Under the pieces are notes generated by a model. The model did no database searches. It saw only the letters and a list, made by a program, of their open reading frames with translations, and had not been told where the DNA came from. This document shows, piece by piece, positions 45,803 through 54,207 of a DNA stretch of 64,000 nt. Source of the stretch: a virus (lineage: Duplodnaviria > Caudoviricetes); IMG/VR virus record IMGVR_UViG_3300035070_003276, positions 24,994 to 88,993 of that record, one strand, 5' to 3'. Position numbers and translations under genes: made by a program. Within the stretch, counting starts at the first letter, position 1; every line of letters begins with the position of its first letter.

Positions 45803-46541
45803 AGTACTTTTAATAGGAGAGAGTTGTATGGATATTTTTATCTATGGAAATACTCCACGTCTTTCACCTGAAGGACCAGCTCCTGTTTTTAACCCAACCA
45901 ATGAAAGGTATAATGGTGGGATGGCATTAAATGTACAATCTAATTTAGAATCGTTAGGTGTTGATGTTGATATCATAACACATAATTCTACCATAACAAA
46001 AACGAGATTTGTACACGAATCATCTAACACACTTTTATTGAGAGTTGATGAAGGTGATAACGTAGATAGGCTTGATAGAAGTAAATTACCAAATAATTAT
46101 TGGGATTATGATATGGTAGTTATATCAGATTATAACAAAGGATTTTTAAATGATGATGATATCGCTCATATAGCATTTAACCATCCTATCACAATTTGCG
46201 ATACCAAAAAGAAATTAGGTGAATGGTGTAGAGATTTAAAATTTATCAAATTAAATAGAACTGAATATTTAAATAACCAATCATTTATTAGTGATAATGA
46301 ATGGATTGTTGAAAAACTTATAATCACACTTGATAAAGATGGGTGTAAACACAATGGTGTTATGTATCCAACTGAGAAAGTTGAGATTATGGATATATCG
46401 GGAGCAGGTGATACTTTCGTAGCAGGATTCACTATGAAGTATATAGAAAGTTCGGATGTAATTGAATCAATAAAATTCGGAAATAACTGCGCATCTCAAG
46501 TAGTACAAAAAAGAGGTGTAACAATTATAACGAAAACATAA
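45795..46541 (+). CDS. rfaE1: heptose-7-phosphate kinase (HldE/RfaE domain I-like, PfkB family)
   Basis: RLSPEGPAPV, GGMALNV, TKTRF, LLRVD, SDYNKG and DISGAGDTF motifs. Confidence 0.85.
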   Translation: MSKVLLIGESCMDIFIYGNTPRLSPEGPAPVFNPTNERYNGGMALNVQSNLESLGVDVDIITHNSTITKTRFVHESSNTLLLRVDEGDNVDRLDRSKLPNNYWDYDMVVISDYNKGFLNDDDIAHIAFNHPITICDTKKKLGEWCRDLKFIKLNRTEYLNNQSFISDNEWIVEKLIITLDKDGCKHNGVMYPTEKVEIMDISGAGDTFVAGFTMKYIESSDVIESIKFGNNCASQVVQKRGVTIITKT

Positions 46542-46548
46542 TTTATGT

Positions 46549-46556
46549 ATATTTAT
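46549..46556 (+). promoter_or_regulatory. putative late promoter
   Basis: ATATTTAT upstream of ATG 46593. Confidence 0.55.
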
Positions 46557-46592
46557 ATATGAATTCAAAAACAATTTTTAATTAAAAATATT

Positions 46593-46940
46593 ATGGCAAA
46601 CGAAGAAATTCAAAAAATCGAATTGGTTACTAGAGAACTAGGTGAAGATGTGGTAACCCCAATTAAAGAAGCTAATGATGAGATATCTCAGTTAGTAAAC
46701 GTATTCGGACAACTTTATCTAAGAAGAAAAGAGTTGGAAGATGAGATGGTAAAACTTGAAGAAGGATTGGAAAGGGCAGAAGCTGATTTCAAGGAGAAAA
46801 ATGAAGCTCTAAGAGGTTTGGTAGGTGAACTTGAAAAAGAATACCCAAGAGGACAAATTAATCTACAAGAAGGTACAATTACATTTGACCCATCTATCAA
46901 AGAGAAGATGGCTCAGCAAATGGAAGTTGTAAAACAATAA
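46593..46940 (+). CDS. small coiled-coil protein, paralogue of 41763-42035
   Basis: FGQLYLRRKELE...KEYPRGQINLQEGTI. Confidence 0.8.
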   Translation: MANEEIQKIELVTRELGEDVVTPIKEANDEISQLVNVFGQLYLRRKELEDEMVKLEEGLERAEADFKEKNEALRGLVGELEKEYPRGQINLQEGTITFDPSIKEKMAQQMEVVKQ

Positions 46941-46946
46941 AATCCT

Positions 46947-46954
46947 ATATTTAT
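46947..46954 (+). promoter_or_regulatory. putative late promoter
   Basis: ATATTTAT upstream of ATG 46983. Confidence 0.55.
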
Positions 46955-46982
46955 ATAGTACAATAGAAAACGTACTATTATA

Positions 46983-49466
46983 ATGAATGATTTATCTAAC
47001 TTTTTAGTAGAAAGTATATTATTGGAAGCGGACAGTGTAGACAACAAAGTTGTAGTTTACGCTGGCCGTTTTCAACCTTTTCATAAAGGTCATTATGCTA
47101 CTTACTCACATTTAGTAAAGAAGTTTGGAAAGGATAATGTATATATCGGAACATCTAATAAAACCGATAATCAAAAATCACCTTTTAACTTCAAAGAGAA
47201 GAAGCAAGTAATGATTACAATGTTTGGTATTCCCTCAAACAAAATCGTTGAAGTAAAGAATCCATATGTACCAACTGAGGTACTTAAAAAATTTAATGAA
47301 GATACTACGGCATTTATCACAGTTGTTGGTAAGAAAGATGCAAGTAGATTAGGTGGTAAGTTCTTTACTCCTTATAAAGATAACTTAGAATTTGAAGGAT
47401 ATAAAGATAAGGGGTACGTTTATATAGCTCCTCAACAATCAAACCCAATAAGTGGAACTGATGTTAGGATGGGATTGAGAAAAGGTTCTGATGAAGATAA
47501 GAAGCAATTCTTTACTAAAAGAGCATATGGTAAGTTCAACCCAAAAATATTTAAATTTATAGCTGGTAAGTTATCACAACTACCAGAGATAACATCTGAG
47601 GAAATCTTTATCCCAAAACACATAATCGAAAATTGGATAGTTGATAACGTTGAGTTAATCAAAGAAGCATCTAAGATAGGTGGTTCTACTGAAGTGGATG
47701 ATGGTCCTAACTTTGTGTTTCCATCATATGCATCATTTGATAAAGTTTCTAAGAAACGAGCCGAAGCAATTGGATACACTGTTTTATCACAAATAATGAG
47801 TGATGAACTTACTGATATAGATTCACATCCTATATATCCAAAAGGACCTGTAAAAGCAGTAACACCATTTCCTGCTGGGGTAATTGGTAAAACGACTGCA
47901 ACTAACCAAAAAGATTTTTATGGTTCACAAGCCTATAATTTATGGTTTAAACATGCAACTCGATTTGCTAGTTTAGTAGGATACTCAGTACTTGATTCTA
48001 TTGATACTGATAATGATGAGGTTGAGGCTAAAAAAACTAAAAAAGTAAAAGACCCAAATACAAATATTGTAAAAGAAGATATTACGATTCCAATTAATAT
48101 AGGTGATACTGTATTAGGTGGTAAGTTTAAAAATAAACGTATTGTAGTTAAAACAATTGGCAAAAACGAAAAGGGTGATATTACTATAAATGGTAAACCA
48201 CTTTTAAAAGTTAGAATTATAGAAGAGGGTGTTTTAGTTGAATTTTCTGGAGAAGAGATTAGTTGTGAAAAATGTAATCATTCTTGGGAAATGGAATCCG
48301 ATGATAATGAAAAGTATTTCTGTCATAATTGTGGATTTGATAATCAATCAAAGGAATATGATTTAGATAAATTGGATGATTGGAAACGTTCACATAATAT
48401 TATTAAAGAGATATCATCAGAAGATAGAACTTTGATTTATCAACTAACTACTAAGGCATTAAAAACAATGCCAAACTCCCAAAAACAAAAGGAGATAATC
48501 AAACAACTAAACAAAGTTAGAGTTAAGAATGGTATGAAACCTTTGAAAGAAAACTTCTTAGGTATCACATTAAATGAGGCATCGTTAACTATTTCAATAG
48601 CAAACATTGTAAGGGATTTATTCCCAAAGGAGTTTTTCTACGCATATAAGCCAAATGATGTTGAGCAAATGAAAGCAACAATTGGTGATTTAGTAAACAT
48701 CTTAAATCGTTTCTATAAACAACACAACGTAAAAGTACGATTTACCAATACCGATTTTAAATATAAAATGTACTCCAATGAAGGGGTTGAACTAAACGAA
48801 TTTGGTGGTGTTAGATTTGATTTGGTTGGATATGATGGTAACAACAAACCAGTCCTAAAAACAATTAAAAGGTCTGCAGACTCATTCTCAACTGATGTTG
48901 CAGGATATGGTTCTGAAAAATTATTCAAAAGTGGTAAGGGTGTTGAGTATGTAAAAATATACTATGATAAACATCACTTAATGACCGTAAAGGATGGTGG
49001 TAGAGAGCAAATCAAAGAAAAGGGATGGGGTAAGTTACCAATCAATGAAATCCCAATGGGAGACCTTCAAAAGATTGATACATTTGCTGATAAACAATTA
49101 AAACCAGTGGATGTGGTTCTAACTGGTAAACATTTCTTTGATAGATTAAATGACCCAAGAAACGGAAAAGAAGTAACAAATGCTGAGTTGATTGGTTTCT
49201 TTAAAAGATTGGGTAAAAAGAAAAAAGAATTTGTGAACTTCCTTAATCAATATAATCAGATTGTAGCAAAGGATAATAGAACTAATTTGAACATTCCATT
49301 TATGAAACAAGCGAATAAAGTAATCGCTAAAACCATAATGAGAAAAGATGATTTCAAAACATCAGACCCGGAATATAAATTTGAAAAATTAGAAAAGGAA
49401 AAGTTGAAATACAATGAACCATACGCTTTAAGTGGTGGTATCTCTGAATCAACTAATAAAAAGTAA
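46983..49466 (+). CDS. multi-module protein with an N-terminal HIGH-family nucleotidyltransferase, a zinc ribbon and further small modules
   Basis: AGRFQPFHKGH and ISGTDVR; CEKC...CHNC; C-terminal HFFDRLNDPRN module. Confidence 0.75.
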   Translation: MNDLSNFLVESILLEADSVDNKVVVYAGRFQPFHKGHYATYSHLVKKFGKDNVYIGTSNKTDNQKSPFNFKEKKQVMITMFGIPSNKIVEVKNPYVPTEVLKKFNEDTTAFITVVGKKDASRLGGKFFTPYKDNLEFEGYKDKGYVYIAPQQSNPISGTDVRMGLRKGSDEDKKQFFTKRAYGKFNPKIFKFIAGKLSQLPEITSEEIFIPKHIIENWIVDNVELIKEASKIGGSTEVDDGPNFVFPSYASFDKVSKKRAEAIGYTVLSQIMSDELTDIDSHPIYPKGPVKAVTPFPAGVIGKTTATNQKDFYGSQAYNLWFKHATRFASLVGYSVLDSIDTDNDEVEAKKTKKVKDPNTNIVKEDITIPINIGDTVLGGKFKNKRIVVKTIGKNEKGDITINGKPLLKVRIIEEGVLVEFSGEEISCEKCNHSWEMESDDNEKYFCHNCGFDNQSKEYDLDKLDDWKRSHNIIKEISSEDRTLIYQLTTKALKTMPNSQKQKEIIKQLNKVRVKNGMKPLKENFLGITLNEASLTISIANIVRDLFPKEFFYAYKPNDVEQMKATIGDLVNILNRFYKQHNVKVRFTNTDFKYKMYSNEGVELNEFGGVRFDLVGYDGNNKPVLKTIKRSADSFSTDVAGYGSEKLFKSGKGVEYVKIYYDKHHLMTVKDGGREQIKEKGWGKLPINEIPMGDLQKIDTFADKQLKPVDVVLTGKHFFDRLNDPRNGKEVTNAELIGFFKRLGKKKKEFVNFLNQYNQIVAKDNRTNLNIPFMKQANKVIAKTIMRKDDFKTSDPEYKFEKLEKEKLKYNEPYALSGGISESTNKK

Positions 49467-49474
49467 AACCTATT

Positions 49475-50719
49475 ATGATAAGATTAAAAAAATTACTAAG
49501 TGAAGTTCTTCTAAACGAAGGTGGTGCATATGGGCATATGAATCATCCATTCGATACCGAAATTAATTTAACTTTTGGGCAACTTAAAGATATTGTAAAT
49601 AAAGCATTAGAAGGAAACTTAGATTTAGCAAGAGAAAAAACCGATGGACAGGCATTAGCTGTAAGTTGGCGAGATGGTAGGTTAGTTGCTGCTCGTAACA
49701 AAGGACACTTAAAGAACAAAGGTGAAAACGCTTTGGATATAAATGGTGTAGCAATGAAGTTTGCTGGTAGGGGTGAATTGGAAAAAGCATATAATTTTGC
49801 TATGAATGATTTATCAAAAGCAATAAAATCACTTTCTGAAAAACAAAGAGATAAAATCTTTAAAGGTGGTAGTTGTTTTATGAACTTAGAAGTTATTTAC
49901 CCAACTTCTGTAAATGTAATACCTTATGACCAAGCACTGCTCGTATTTCATGGGACTATGGAATACAACGATGATGGTATTGCCATTGGAGAAAATCAGG
50001 AAGCTGCAAGAATCCTTGCGGGAATGATTAAACAAATTAACGCTGATGTACAATCGGCTTACACTATCCAAGGCCCACCAATTAATCAATTACCTAAATC
50101 AAATGATTTAAAAAAGTTAAAAGGTAAGTACAATTCTAAAATAGGAAAATTACAATCTAAATTTAAATTAAAAGATAACGATGGAATCGCTGATTACCAT
50201 CAAGCATTTTGGATGGATTTTGTAACTAAAAAATCACCAACTAAATTAGATAACAAAACTCTAATGGGATTAGTCAAACGATGGGCATTCTATGATAAAT
50301 CATTTAGATTGGATAAGAAGAACATCTCAGATGAAAAGACTTTAGAATGGGCAAAGGGAATCGATAAGAATGACCACGCTAAGATAGCTAAAGATAACAT
50401 TAGACCTTTTGAGGATATATTCTTAGGTATTGGAGCAGATATACTTTCATTTATGAGTTCAGTACTCGCAGCTAACCCTGATAAAGCAATTAGGGATATG
50501 AAGAAGAGGTTAGATAAAACTATCATTGATGTTCGAAAGAGTGGAGATGAAAAAAAGATAGCTAAACTTAAAATGGAACTTCAGAGATTAAATGCAATTG
50601 GTGGAAAGGATAAGATTGTTCCAAATGAAGGTATTGTGTTTGTATATAATGGTAAGACTTTTAAATTAACTGGAACGTTTGCTCCACTTAATCAGATACT
50701 TGGATTATTTTACGAATAG
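49475..50719 (+). CDS. ATP-dependent ligase-fold nucleotidyltransferase (RNA-ligase-like)
   Basis: motif I EKTDG, Ia AARN, III NLEVI, IIIa LVFHG, IV EGIVF, V FKL. Confidence 0.65.
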   Translation: MIRLKKLLSEVLLNEGGAYGHMNHPFDTEINLTFGQLKDIVNKALEGNLDLAREKTDGQALAVSWRDGRLVAARNKGHLKNKGENALDINGVAMKFAGRGELEKAYNFAMNDLSKAIKSLSEKQRDKIFKGGSCFMNLEVIYPTSVNVIPYDQALLVFHGTMEYNDDGIAIGENQEAARILAGMIKQINADVQSAYTIQGPPINQLPKSNDLKKLKGKYNSKIGKLQSKFKLKDNDGIADYHQAFWMDFVTKKSPTKLDNKTLMGLVKRWAFYDKSFRLDKKNISDEKTLEWAKGIDKNDHAKIAKDNIRPFEDIFLGIGADILSFMSSVLAANPDKAIRDMKKRLDKTIIDVRKSGDEKKIAKLKMELQRLNAIGGKDKIVPNEGIVFVYNGKTFKLTGTFAPLNQILGLFYE

Positions 50720-50730
50720 TAGAAAACCTA

Positions 50731-50738
50731 ATACTTAT
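50731..50738 (+). promoter_or_regulatory. putative late promoter
   Basis: ATACTTAT upstream of ATG 50761. Confidence 0.55.
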
Positions 50739-50760
50739 ATATATGAATATATAATAGGTT

Positions 50761-51441
50761 ATGGCAGATAAAAAATTTAGTAGAAAGTTCATGCATCCAA
50801 CTCGTAGAAAGTTGGCTGATATGGTAAAAACGGGTGAGTATGTAAAGAATACTCAAATCGGATTCTCTGATATCAAAGAACAAGAAGTAAAACGTAAAGT
50901 AGGTGATATTTGGAATGATACCGATGGTAACGTTTGGGAGCAAAAAGAATTTGGGAGAGTAAAGCAATCCAAAATGTCAAACGTAATGGTAGAACTTCGA
51001 AATTACATTGACGCTCAATCCCAATGTAAAGCTGATGACTGTGATGTTAGTGGTAAATTCTCAAACTCAGATAAAAAGTTAATTTCTAAAACTGGTTATT
51101 GTGCTGGTTGTTTAGCAAAAAAAGAACTTGTTATAAAGCAGGATGGTTTATGGGAATCATATGAACAATATAGAATATATTCTAATATGGCTGATTATGG
51201 TACTGATGTTTTAGAAAAGTGGAATCAAGCTCTTAAAGAAGTATCTAATATTCACGAATACGTTAACGATGATGGTTCTGTTGAAAAATGGCAATCCAAC
51301 GATGATGTTCAGACTTTAAAAGCTCAGATAGAAGCCGATATAGAAAATGGTAAGAAAGAACTTACTGAAGTTATCGAAAAACGCAATATTGCGTATGAGA
51401 AATTAAAGCATAAGAATTATGAGTTGGTTAAAGAAATTTGA
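50761..51441 (+). CDS. hypothetical protein with a possible four-Cys zinc site
   Basis: CKADDC...YCAGC; coiled-coil C-terminus. Confidence 0.75.
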   Translation: MADKKFSRKFMHPTRRKLADMVKTGEYVKNTQIGFSDIKEQEVKRKVGDIWNDTDGNVWEQKEFGRVKQSKMSNVMVELRNYIDAQSQCKADDCDVSGKFSNSDKKLISKTGYCAGCLAKKELVIKQDGLWESYEQYRIYSNMADYGTDVLEKWNQALKEVSNIHEYVNDDGSVEKWQSNDDVQTLKAQIEADIENGKKELTEVIEKRNIAYEKLKHKNYELVKEI

Positions 51442-52114
51442 TTTAAAAACTATTTTAATAATGGCACTTTGTGTAGTGTTGTTAATAAGGGGATGTGATG
51501 GTGGTGATACTGATGAAATTGAAACTATCAAAGTTGATGGTAAGAATTACGAACTACTAAAACAAACTATCGATACTGTTTTTGTAACTAAAGAAGTAAA
51601 GGTTCCAACCTATGTACCAAAATACATTACTAAAGTTAAAACAGTTGAGGTTGAAATACCAATTGATATCGATACTTTGGCAATTGTAGAAAAGTACTTC
51701 TCTACATATCAAGTTAAAGATACATTAAATCTTTCATATGAGTTTCCAACTGGAGTTACTGATTCATTGGGTAACAAACCATCTCCAAATTTGGGATTTG
51801 GTATTATAACCGATAACATATCACAAAACTCAATCATATCCAGAGATGTAGATTGGACATTTCAAATCCCAACAATTTATAATACTACAATCGTAAAGGA
51901 ACTACCAAAAACCCAATTGTATTGGGGAATGACTGGTGGGTTTAATAGAGAAGATGTGGTTACAAATCTATCAACATCCTTATTATTAAAAACTAAAAAA
52001 GATAAAATATTCCAATTAGGATTGGGTGTACAAAACAATTCTAACATACAACAACTATCACCATATATTAGTGGTGGTATGTATTGGAAGATATCATTTG
52101 GTAAGAAAAAATAG
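51419..52114 (+). CDS. membrane-anchored, possibly lipidated envelope protein
   Basis: ILIMALCVVLLIRG/C N-terminus; DTV and DTL sequons; amphipathic beta strands ending GGMYWKISF. Confidence 0.6.
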   Translation: MSWLKKFDLKTILIMALCVVLLIRGCDGGDTDEIETIKVDGKNYELLKQTIDTVFVTKEVKVPTYVPKYITKVKTVEVEIPIDIDTLAIVEKYFSTYQVKDTLNLSYEFPTGVTDSLGNKPSPNLGFGIITDNISQNSIISRDVDWTFQIPTIYNTTIVKELPKTQLYWGMTGGFNREDVVTNLSTSLLLKTKKDKIFQLGLGVQNNSNIQQLSPYISGGMYWKISFGKKK

Positions 52115-52117
52115 TTT

Positions 52118-53698
52118 ATGGCTAAACAATCGTTGAAAGATATAATTAAGTTGGAATATCAGAAGTGTGCTTCTGACCCAATTTACTTTATGAAAAAATA
52201 TTGTATGATACAACACCCTGTTAGGGGAAAAATACAATTCCAATTATATCCATTTCAGGAAGAAACATTGGTTGACTTTAAAGACCATCGTTATAATATA
52301 ATACTAAAATCCAGACAAACTGGTATATCTACCCTAACTGCAGGGTTCTCACTTTGGAAAATGTTATTTAATCAAGACTTCAATGTTTTGGTTATCGCAA
52401 CTAAGCAAGAGGTGGCTAAGAACTTAATTACTAAGATTAGGGTGATGAATCAATATCTTCCTTCTTGGTTGAAATTGGAAACAGTAGAAGATAACAAACT
52501 ATCCTTACGATATGCAAATGGTTCACAAGCCAAAGCAACATCTGCTGCTGGTGATGCTGGTCGTTCAGAAGCACTATCACTATTGGTATTTGATGAAGCA
52601 GCATTTATTGATAAGATTGAAGAGATATGGGTATCAGCTCAATCTACATTATCTACGGGGGGTAACGCAATTGTGTTATCAACTCCAAATGGTGTGGGTA
52701 ATTGGTATCATAAAACTTGGGTAGGTGCTGAAGAAGGAAGAAACGATTTCAATACAATCAGATTACATTGGACAGTTCACCCTGAAAGAGACCAAGATTG
52801 GAGAGATGAGCAAGAACGATTGTTGGGACCTAAAGGAGCCGCACAAGAATGTGATTGTGATTTTGTATCTTCTGGGGATAGTGTTATAGACCCGCAACTT
52901 TTACAATTTTATAAAGATACATATGTTCAAGAACCAATTGAGAAAACTGGATTCGATGGTAACTTATGGAAGTGGGAATTTGCTGATTATACTAAATCAT
53001 ATATAGTTGTAGCGGATGTCGCTAGAGGGGATTCTTCGGATTTCTCTACTGCACACGTTATTGATGTGGTTACATCAGTTCAAGTAGCTGAATATAAAGG
53101 TAAATTGGATACAAAGGATTTCGGAAACTTTTTAGTTGCATTAGCAACCGAATATAACAACGCCCTATTAGTAATTGAAAACGCAAATATTGGATGGGCA
53201 ACTATTCAACAAGTTATTGATAGAAGTTATACCAATTTATATTATACCGATAAAGATATAAAGTACGTTGATTCTGGTAATCAACATACTAACAAATATC
53301 GTTCACAAGATAAGAACCAAGTAGCAGGGTTCTCAACAACCTCTAGAACACGCCCTCTAATCATATCAAAGTTGGAAGAGTACATAAGAGATAAATCAAT
53401 CACAATACGTTCAGTACGAACGATAGATGAGATGTTTACATTTATATGGAATAATGGTAGAGCTGAAGCAATGCGAGGTTATAACGATGATTTAGTTATG
53501 GCATTGGCTATTGGATTATGGGTAAGAGATACCGCTCTAAGATTAAGACAGGAGGGAGTTGATTTAACCAAACAGGCAATTAACAGTATTTCATCTCATA
53601 CTTATACTGGTATATATGGTGGTAATGATATTGATGATAATCCTTGGAAAATGGATATCGGAGATGGTACCCACGAAGACTTAACAAATTGGTTATAA
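52118..53698 (+). CDS. terL: terminase large subunit (T4 gp17-like)
   Basis: LKSRQTGIST Walker A; LVFDEAAF Walker B; STPNG coupling motif; ADVARG and NDDLVMA nuclease motifs. Confidence 0.95.
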   Translation: MAKQSLKDIIKLEYQKCASDPIYFMKKYCMIQHPVRGKIQFQLYPFQEETLVDFKDHRYNIILKSRQTGISTLTAGFSLWKMLFNQDFNVLVIATKQEVAKNLITKIRVMNQYLPSWLKLETVEDNKLSLRYANGSQAKATSAAGDAGRSEALSLLVFDEAAFIDKIEEIWVSAQSTLSTGGNAIVLSTPNGVGNWYHKTWVGAEEGRNDFNTIRLHWTVHPERDQDWRDEQERLLGPKGAAQECDCDFVSSGDSVIDPQLLQFYKDTYVQEPIEKTGFDGNLWKWEFADYTKSYIVVADVARGDSSDFSTAHVIDVVTSVQVAEYKGKLDTKDFGNFLVALATEYNNALLVIENANIGWATIQQVIDRSYTNLYYTDKDIKYVDSGNQHTNKYRSQDKNQVAGFSTTSRTRPLIISKLEEYIRDKSITIRSVRTIDEMFTFIWNNGRAEAMRGYNDDLVMALAIGLWVRDTALRLRQEGVDLTKQAINSISSHTYTGIYGGNDIDDNPWKMDIGDGTHEDLTNWL

Positions 53699-53710
53699 AT
53701 GAATTTTTTT

Positions 53711-53718
53711 ATATTTAT
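53711..53718 (+). promoter_or_regulatory. putative late promoter
   Basis: ATATTTAT upstream of ATG 53736. Confidence 0.55.
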
Positions 53719-53735
53719 ATAGTATAGAATTTATT

Positions 53736-54143
53736 ATGGATAATACAACTAAACAACTTTATGAAGATTTTACAAAACAATTTAAGGATGATATCTTTGA
53801 ATATGATGTAGAAAATCACGATGATATAGTAGAATTTTTAGAATTCATAAAAGAATATAAGCCGGATGTAAACGAAGCTGAATATCAAGGTAGAGAGGTA
53901 AAACTCAACAAGCCAATGGCAGGTGATGTTAAGAAGTTTAAGGTATATGTAAAGAATCCAAAAGGAAATGTTGTAAAGGTAAACTTTGGACATGGTGGAA
54001 CTTCGGCAAAAAAAGCCGGTGAAAAAACTATGAGAATTAAGAAGGATAACCCAGAACGAAAGAAAGCATTTAGAGCTAGGCATAATTGTGATTCACCTGG
54101 TCCAAGAACTGGAGCAAGATATTGGAGTTGTAAAGCGTGGTAA
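53736..54143 (+). CDS. small head-region protein with an acidic leader and a basic domain
   Basis: VNE/AEYQGREVKLNKP...FRARHNC...ARYWSCKAW. Confidence 0.75.
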   Translation: MDNTTKQLYEDFTKQFKDDIFEYDVENHDDIVEFLEFIKEYKPDVNEAEYQGREVKLNKPMAGDVKKFKVYVKNPKGNVVKVNFGHGGTSAKKAGEKTMRIKKDNPERKKAFRARHNCDSPGPRTGARYWSCKAW

Positions 54144-54148
54144 ATAAA

Positions 54149-54180
54149 TTAGGATATATTAATAATTTTTCGTATATTAG
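54149..54180 (+). promoter_or_regulatory. Bacteroidota primary-sigma-type promoter (variant)
   Basis: TTAG-N20-TATATTAG upstream of the portal gene. Confidence 0.5.
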
Positions 54181-54207
54181 TGGGATTATTAAATAAACAA
54201 AATTAGA

